64,000 bases of DNA from Bacteroidota bacterium. GTDB taxonomy: Bacteria > Bacteroidota > Bacteroidia > Cytophagales > Cyclobacteriaceae. A model generated the notes under the pieces. It searched no databases. It saw nothing but the letters and a program-made list of their open reading frames with translations, and had not been told where the DNA came from. The DNA is taken from contig JBPXJU010000023.1 in the NCBI GenBank assembly GCA_051715445.1, forward strand, positions 171,914 to 235,913, read 5' to 3'. This document shows positions 58,800 to 64,000 of this stretch, piece by piece. Every line of letters starts with the position of its first letter. The stretch's first letter is position 1. The position numbers and the translations under genes are program-made.

Positions 58800-58927
58800 G
58801 ATGTTAAAAGTACAAATTCCTGACGTGGTAAGTTTCGTACCAGATGTAAGTTTATCTGAAGTGGTTGCATCTATTTTTTGAAGAGGAATGTTATACTTAA
58901 TAAATCATATCAGTAATTTGTGCGTGA

Positions 58928-61174
58928 ATGGAAACGCCTGATTTTAAAAAATTTGCCAGCCGGTTTTTGAACACCACATCAAGTCATGTTTTTTTAACAG
59001 GTAAAGCAGGCACGGGTAAAACAACTTTTTTGAAAAGTCTGGCCGGGCACACCCACAAAAATTTTATAGTGGTGGCGCCTACAGGTATTGCCGCACTGAA
59101 TGCGGGCGGTGTTACTATTCATTCACAATTTTTAATTCCTCCCGCCACTTTTATTCCCGATCGCTACCTCCCCGAAAACCTCACTGCCGGAGGACGATAT
59201 ATTAACACGCAAACACTGGCCCGCAAACATCCGCTTAACAGTGGCCGCAAGCAGGTTTTGAGGGCTATCGATTTATTGGTAATTGATGAGGTGAGTATGC
59301 TGCGGGCCGATTTACTGGACGCGATCGATTATCGTATGAAGGCAGCACGCGGAAATTTTAGCCAAAGCTTTGGTGGCGTTCAGGTGTTGTTTATTGGTGA
59401 CTTATTTCAGTTGCCACCGGTTACCCGAAATGATGAGCAGGAATTGTTGAGTCGGTATTATCCATCGCCCTGGTTTTACGAGGCGCTGGCTTTGCGCGAT
59501 AATCAACCCGTGTATATCGAATTAGACAAAATTTTCCGGCAGCACGATGAGGCCTTCATTCGCATTTTAAATAACCTGCGCAACAGTATTATTGAGCCAG
59601 ACGATGTTGATGAACTTAATAGGCATTATCAAACCCCCGATCAGATTGATAAATTGCAGGAAGTGATCACGCTCACTACCCATAATTATAAAGCCGATCA
59701 GTTGAACCGGCAAGCGTTGGATAACCTGCCCATGGAATCGCATTATTTTGAAGCAGTTCTGGATGGTGAGTTTCCGGAGAGTATGTACCCGGTGCAGCCA
59801 CAGCTGGAGTTGAAAGAAGGTGCACAGATTATGTTTGTGCGTAACGATACCAGTTTAGACAAAAAATATTTTAATGGGAAACTGGCAACGGTTGTTCGCA
59901 TTGATGAAGATGATGTTTGGGTGCAGATGGCCGGCACAAAGGAATTATATCAACTTTCGCGCGAACGGTGGGAAAACAAAAAATATTCGGTTGACAAAAC
60001 CAATCATGTATTGAACGAAGATGTGATTGGCTCGTTTGAACAATACCCGGTTAAGTTGGCGTGGGCGATAACGGTGCATAAAAGTCAGGGGTTAACCTTT
60101 GATAAAGCAGTTATTGATGTGGCCCAGGCTTTTGCCGATGGCCAGGTGTATGTGGCACTCTCGCGATTACGGTCGTTAGATGGATTGATTCTTCGTTCAA
60201 AAATTAATCCGCAAGCCATTCGTACCGATACCAACATTCAGTCTTTTACAAACCAGGCCCATCAACCCGATAAGTTAGATCAGGTAATCGAAGCCCGGCA
60301 GCGGCAATACATAGCACAATTGCTTACGCAGACTTTTTCGTTCGAGGGATTGTTGAAAGAAATAAATTACGTAGAAAAGAACAAAGAGCCAGAGCAATTT
60401 GAAGATCCCACCATGAAGCCTGTGTTGGTTCAGATTACCGATGCATTAACCCATGAAAAGATTAATACTGAACGGTTTCGGAATCAATTAGTGAACCTTA
60501 TTACGTCATCCACACACGAGCAGTTATTGGAGCGCATTGAAAAAGGCAGCGCATATTATCGTAAACTGATACTAGACCAACTTCGGTTGCTGCTTAACCA
60601 CCTCGAATCAGTAAAGAGACAGAAACGAGTAAAGACATACCTCGCCCAACTACAGGAAATAGACCAGTTGCTTTCGCGCAAGCTAACCGAGTTGCACCAG
60701 GCGCACCTGATTGTAGCGCAGATAATACGGGGAACAGAATTATTTGATTTACGGGCAGTACGAACAACAGTGGATACAGAACGCGCAAAACTTTTGCAAG
60801 AAACCAATGCGTCCTTCCTTGATAAGCCCGCCAAAAAGAAGAGCCGGGAAAAACGAAAAAAGGCTGGCGATAAAAGCACATACGATGTTACACTGGAGAT
60901 GTTTAAGAGCGGAATGAAGCCAGACGAGATTGCCAAAGAGCGCGGACTTGTACTAAGTACAATTGAAAGTCATTTAGCCAAAGCCGTTGAAACCGCACGA
61001 TTGGAGATTGAAACCTTTATGCCACAAGCCGAAGTTGATGAGATTATCAAGGCCATGCAGCAACTACCCGAATCTTTTGCTTCGAAAGCGTTGTATGATA
61101 CGCTGAACGGTAAGTATGGTTATGGCAAGCTGAAGGCGGTTATGGCGTATGTGAAAAGCGCAAATCAGGAGTGA
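58928..61174 (+). CDS. PIF1/RecD-like SF1B helicase with C-terminal HTH
   Basis: TGKAGTGKT, IDEVSM, GDLFQLPP, WAITVHKSQG, YVALSR; C-terminal IAKERGL..STIESHL. Confidence 0.92.
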   Translation: METPDFKKFASRFLNTTSSHVFLTGKAGTGKTTFLKSLAGHTHKNFIVVAPTGIAALNAGGVTIHSQFLIPPATFIPDRYLPENLTAGGRYINTQTLARKHPLNSGRKQVLRAIDLLVIDEVSMLRADLLDAIDYRMKAARGNFSQSFGGVQVLFIGDLFQLPPVTRNDEQELLSRYYPSPWFYEALALRDNQPVYIELDKIFRQHDEAFIRILNNLRNSIIEPDDVDELNRHYQTPDQIDKLQEVITLTTHNYKADQLNRQALDNLPMESHYFEAVLDGEFPESMYPVQPQLELKEGAQIMFVRNDTSLDKKYFNGKLATVVRIDEDDVWVQMAGTKELYQLSRERWENKKYSVDKTNHVLNEDVIGSFEQYPVKLAWAITVHKSQGLTFDKAVIDVAQAFADGQVYVALSRLRSLDGLILRSKINPQAIRTDTNIQSFTNQAHQPDKLDQVIEARQRQYIAQLLTQTFSFEGLLKEINYVEKNKEPEQFEDPTMKPVLVQITDALTHEKINTERFRNQLVNLITSSTHEQLLERIEKGSAYYRKLILDQLRLLLNHLESVKRQKRVKTYLAQLQEIDQLLSRKLTELHQAHLIVAQIIRGTELFDLRAVRTTVDTERAKLLQETNASFLDKPAKKKSREKRKKAGDKSTYDVTLEMFKSGMKPDEIAKERGLVLSTIESHLAKAVETARLEIETFMPQAEVDEIIKAMQQLPESFASKALYDTLNGKYGYGKLKAVMAYVKSANQE

Positions 61175-61283
61175 TACTACTTTTTAAGAATGAAAATGGC
61201 TAACCAGAAAAATCACTTTTAAAAGTGCTGTATTGTAGATAGATTTCTGATTCAGGATAAACAGCATTCAAACCTAACAGACA

Positions 61284-61790
61284 ATGAAAAAGATAATTAT
61301 TCTTATTTTACTCGTGGCACCAGCAGTAACAAAAGCGCAGACTAAAGATTACAGCTCCGATGTAAAATCGGTGGATGCCATTATACACGCGTTGTACGAG
61401 GTGATTTCAGGCGACCCCGGTACTGCACGCGATTGGGATCGCTTTCGGTTTTTATTTAAAACTGACGCTAAACTCATTCCTTCCCGCAAGGATGACAAAG
61501 GCAATTTTGATTTGCGTACCATGACACCCGAAGAGTATGTGCAATTTTTTTCATCGCGCATCAGCACCGGTTTTTTTGAACGCGAACTAAGTCGCAAAGA
61601 GGATGCCTTCGGAACGGTTGTACATGCCTTCAGCACTTACGAAACCAAAGAGAAGAAAGATGGCCCGGTAACCAATCGCGGTATTAACAGCATTCAGTTG
61701 TTTAAAGACAAAGACCGCTACTACATTGTAAATATTTTCTGGTGTGCTGAAAGTCTGGGGTTTCCGTTGCCGGATAAGTATCTGAAATAA
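61284..61790 (+). CDS. secreted hypothetical protein (NTF2-like fold predicted)
   Basis: Signal peptide; ALYEVISG, RDWDRFR.LF, GFFE.E, RGINSIQL. Confidence 0.65.
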   Translation: MKKIIILILLVAPAVTKAQTKDYSSDVKSVDAIIHALYEVISGDPGTARDWDRFRFLFKTDAKLIPSRKDDKGNFDLRTMTPEEYVQFFSSRISTGFFERELSRKEDAFGTVVHAFSTYETKEKKDGPVTNRGINSIQLFKDKDRYYIVNIFWCAESLGFPLPDKYLK

Positions 61791-61792
61791 GA

Positions 61793-62167
61793 CTATTCCT
61801 CGCCCTGGTTAACCATAAACATGGCGGTGGGTATAAACCTGTTGAAGAGTTCATCTTTTAAAGATTCATCTATGGGCAAGGTGGCTATGGCCTGGTTCAT
61901 GCAGGCCAGCCAGGCTACAGCTTCATCATTGCCGATGGGATGCGGCAAATGGCGGGCGCGCAACTGTGGGTGACCATATTGTTGCGAATAAAGTGCGGGG
62001 CCACCCAGAAATTGCGTTAAGAACAACCGTTGTTTTTCTTTAATCAACTCTTTATCGGTTTTAAACAGGTGACTGATTTGCGGATGTACGAAAACGAGAT
62101 CGTAGAATTGATCAACCAATCGTGAGATATTTTCGGAACCGAGTTTTTCGTAGAGAGTGGGTGGCAT
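61793..62167 (-). CDS. group II truncated hemoglobin
   Basis: FYDLV, FLTQFLGGP..Y, GHP.LRARH, W..CM. Confidence 0.9.
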   Translation of the reverse strand: MPPTLYEKLGSENISRLVDQFYDLVFVHPQISHLFKTDKELIKEKQRLFLTQFLGGPALYSQQYGHPQLRARHLPHPIGNDEAVAWLACMNQAIATLPIDESLKDELFNRFIPTAMFMVNQGEE

Positions 62168-62194
62168 TAGACTAATTTAACTTCACCGTGGCCT

Positions 62195-64000
62195 TTATGG
62201 TTTAGGTTTATGATCTTTCTTCTTCCTCGTCATTATCGGTTGTATCAACTTTGCAACTAACCCTGTCCAGCCGGTTTGGTGGTTGGCACCTAAACCGCGG
62301 CCGGTATCACCGTCAAAGTATTCGTAGAAAAGTAAGTTGTCTTTAAAGTGCGGGTTATTCTGAAACAATTCATCATCGCCATACATGGGTCGTTTGCCTT
62401 CGGCATTGGTTTTAAACATGGCGATAAGGCGTTGCGAAAGTTCGCTGGCAATTTCGCGCAGGGTAAGCATGTTGCCCGAGCCGGTAGGGTGTTCTACTTT
62501 AAAGTCATCGCCATAATAATGATGGAAGCGTTGTAATGATTCAATAATCAGATAGTTTACCGGAAACCAAACCGGCCCCCGCCAGTTGCTGTTGCCACCA
62601 AATAAATACGAATCGCTTTCGCCCGATTGATAACGTACTGTAAACTGACTGCCATTGGCATGCAGCACATAGGGATTATCCAAATGATGCCGCGAAAGTG
62701 CACGCACGCCATAAGGCGATAAAAATTCTTTTTCATCTAACATGCGTTTGAGCAAACGCTTCATCCGGTGGCCCCGTAGTAATGAAAGCAGGTGCCGTTG
62801 ATTTTTTCCGCGTTCGCCCCAGCGCGAAATCAGGTTGGCCAGGTCGGGCCGGTTCTGTAAAAACCAATCGAGCCGTGCGGTAAACTCCGGCATCATCTGA
62901 AAAATTTCTTCGTCTAATACTTCAACTGCAAACAACGGAATAAGACCCACCATCGAACGAACTTTCAACTTCAGGCGGTCGCTAGTGGGCAGGTGCAACA
63001 CATCATAGAAAAATTCATCTTCTTCATCCCACAGGTTAATGCCCTCGTTGTTTACATTGGCCATAGCACCTGCGATGTATAAAAAGTGTTCAAAAAATTT
63101 TGTGGCCAGACTTTGATACGTTGGGTTTTCTTTCGCCAACTCCAGCGACATGCGCAAGAGGTTGAGTGTGTACATCGCCATCCAACTGGTACCATCCGAT
63201 TGTTCGATGTAACCACCGGTAGGCAAGTGTGTACTGCTGCGATCAAACACACCAATATTATCCATACCTAAAAATCCACCCTGAAAAATGTTATTGCCGC
63301 TCTCGTCTTTCTTATTTACCCACCACGTAAAGTTGAGCAACAGCTTGTGAAAGATCTCTTCTAAAAATTTCCGATCGCGTTTGCCACCCTGCAGGTTGCT
63401 ATCAATGCGATATACGCGCCATGCAGCCCACGCATGCACGGGTGGGTTTACATCACTAAATGCCCACTCGTAGGCTGGTAATTGCCCATTGGGATGCATG
63501 TACCATTCTTTCGTAAGCAACAGCAATTGATTCTTGGCAAACTCCGGATCAATCATGGCCAACGGAATAGCATGAAAGGCAAGATCCCACGCAGCGTACC
63601 ACGGATACTCCCATTTATCCGGCATTGAAATTATGTCGGAGTTATGAAGATGATCCCACTCGCGATTTCTACCGCGCCTGCGCTCGTGTGGTGGTGGTGG
63701 CTGATGCGGGTCGCCCCGAAGCCATACATCCAGATCGTAATAGTAAAATTGTTTACTCCACAACATGCCGGCCAATGCCTGCCGTTGAATCATTTTTTCT
63801 TCGGCCGATGAAATATCTTTTTGTAAGTCAGCATAGTACTCATCCGCTTCGGCCTTTGCTTTTTTAAGAAGCTGCTCGAATTGTTGAAAAGGTTTTTGAT
63901 AAAACTGCGATCCCAACCGAAGCCGGACTATTTTCGATTCACCGGCTTTTAGCGACAGATCAATGCGATAAGCTGCCTTAGTTCCTTTTTTTATTTTGTT
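62195..64000 (-). CDS. GH63/MGH1-like glucosidase; 5' end outside window
   Basis: Frame stays open upstream of the track start to base 64000 ([15 protein letters not shown]); [51 protein letters not shown]. Confidence 0.92.
   Translation of the reverse strand, partial: NKIKKGTKAAYRIDLSLKAGESKIVRLRLGSQFYQKPFQQFEQLLKKAKAEADEYYADLQKDISSAEEKMIQRQALAGMLWSKQFYYYDLDVWLRGDPHQPPPPHERRRGRNREWDHLHNSDIISMPDKWEYPWYAAWDLAFHAIPLAMIDPEFAKNQLLLLTKEWYMHPNGQLPAYEWAFSDVNPPVHAWAAWRVYRIDSNLQGGKRDRKFLEEIFHKLLLNFTWWVNKKDESGNNIFQGGFLGMDNIGVFDRSSTHLPTGGYIEQSDGTSWMAMYTLNLLRMSLELAKENPTYQSLATKFFEHFLYIAGAMANVNNEGINLWDEEDEFFYDVLHLPTSDRLKLKVRSMVGLIPLFAVEVLDEEIFQMMPEFTARLDWFLQNRPDLANLISRWGERGKNQRHLLSLLRGHRMKRLLKRMLDEKEFLSPYGVRALSRHHLDNPYVLHANGSQFTVRYQSGESDSYLFGGNSNWRGPVWFPVNYLIIESLQRFHHYYGDDFKVEHPTGSGNMLTLREIASELSQRLIAMFKTNAEGKRPMYGDDELFQNNPHFKDNLLFYEYFDGDTGRGLGANHQTGWTGLVAKLIQPIMTRKKKDHKPKP

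Noticed and set aside
58826-58858. Two overlapping mini-hairpins sharing GTAAGTTT at 18-bp spacing
   Set aside because: The stems are only 5 bp in an AT-rich divergent promoter; chance is likely.
58928-61174. Helicase as a defence or mobile-element gene
   Set aside because: It has the ordinary PIF1-like + HTH layout, with no nuclease or defence neighbours.
61214-61227. 14-bp palindrome CACTTTTAAAAGTG
   Set aside because: It is low complexity, has no loop for a terminator, and no regulator is nearby.
399-63867. Many 60-150 aa ORFs antisense to or nested in long genes
   Set aside because: They are shadow frames of well-supported CDS, with no motifs or expression signals of their own.
1-64000. 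CRISPR arrays, IS elements, prophage, rRNA
   Set aside because: No spaced direct-repeat array, transposase, terminal inverted repeats, phage genes or rRNA signatures were seen by eye.

Overview
This is a gene-dense chromosomal segment of a Bacteroidota genome, most likely Cytophagales. That assignment is inferred from TAnnTTTG -7 promoters, the TetR-ABC-HlyD-TolC block and the guaB-PPIase-SurA-MoxR synteny. It holds about 60 CDS (two truncated by the window edges and absent or shortened in the ORF track), one tRNA-Val(TAC) and several intrinsic terminators. I found no integrase, transposase, prophage, CRISPR array or defence island, so I cannot claim a clear-cut new system. The best candidates for undescribed biology are: (1) a TetR-controlled type-I-secretion-like operon whose only ABC subunit has lost essentially every ATP-hydrolysis motif, with three operators phased at 21 bp and no cargo gene; (2) an amt-porin-glnII cluster without P-II, containing an intercistronic RNA that can fold in two mutually exclusive ways; (3) an orphan RsbU/V/W-like partner-switch module; (4) an arsR-arsM-arsC operon with no efflux pump; (5) a frameshifted carboxypeptidase-regulatory-like gene; (6) several unusual small or secreted proteins. 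All family calls come from motif recognition by eye; no database search was run.
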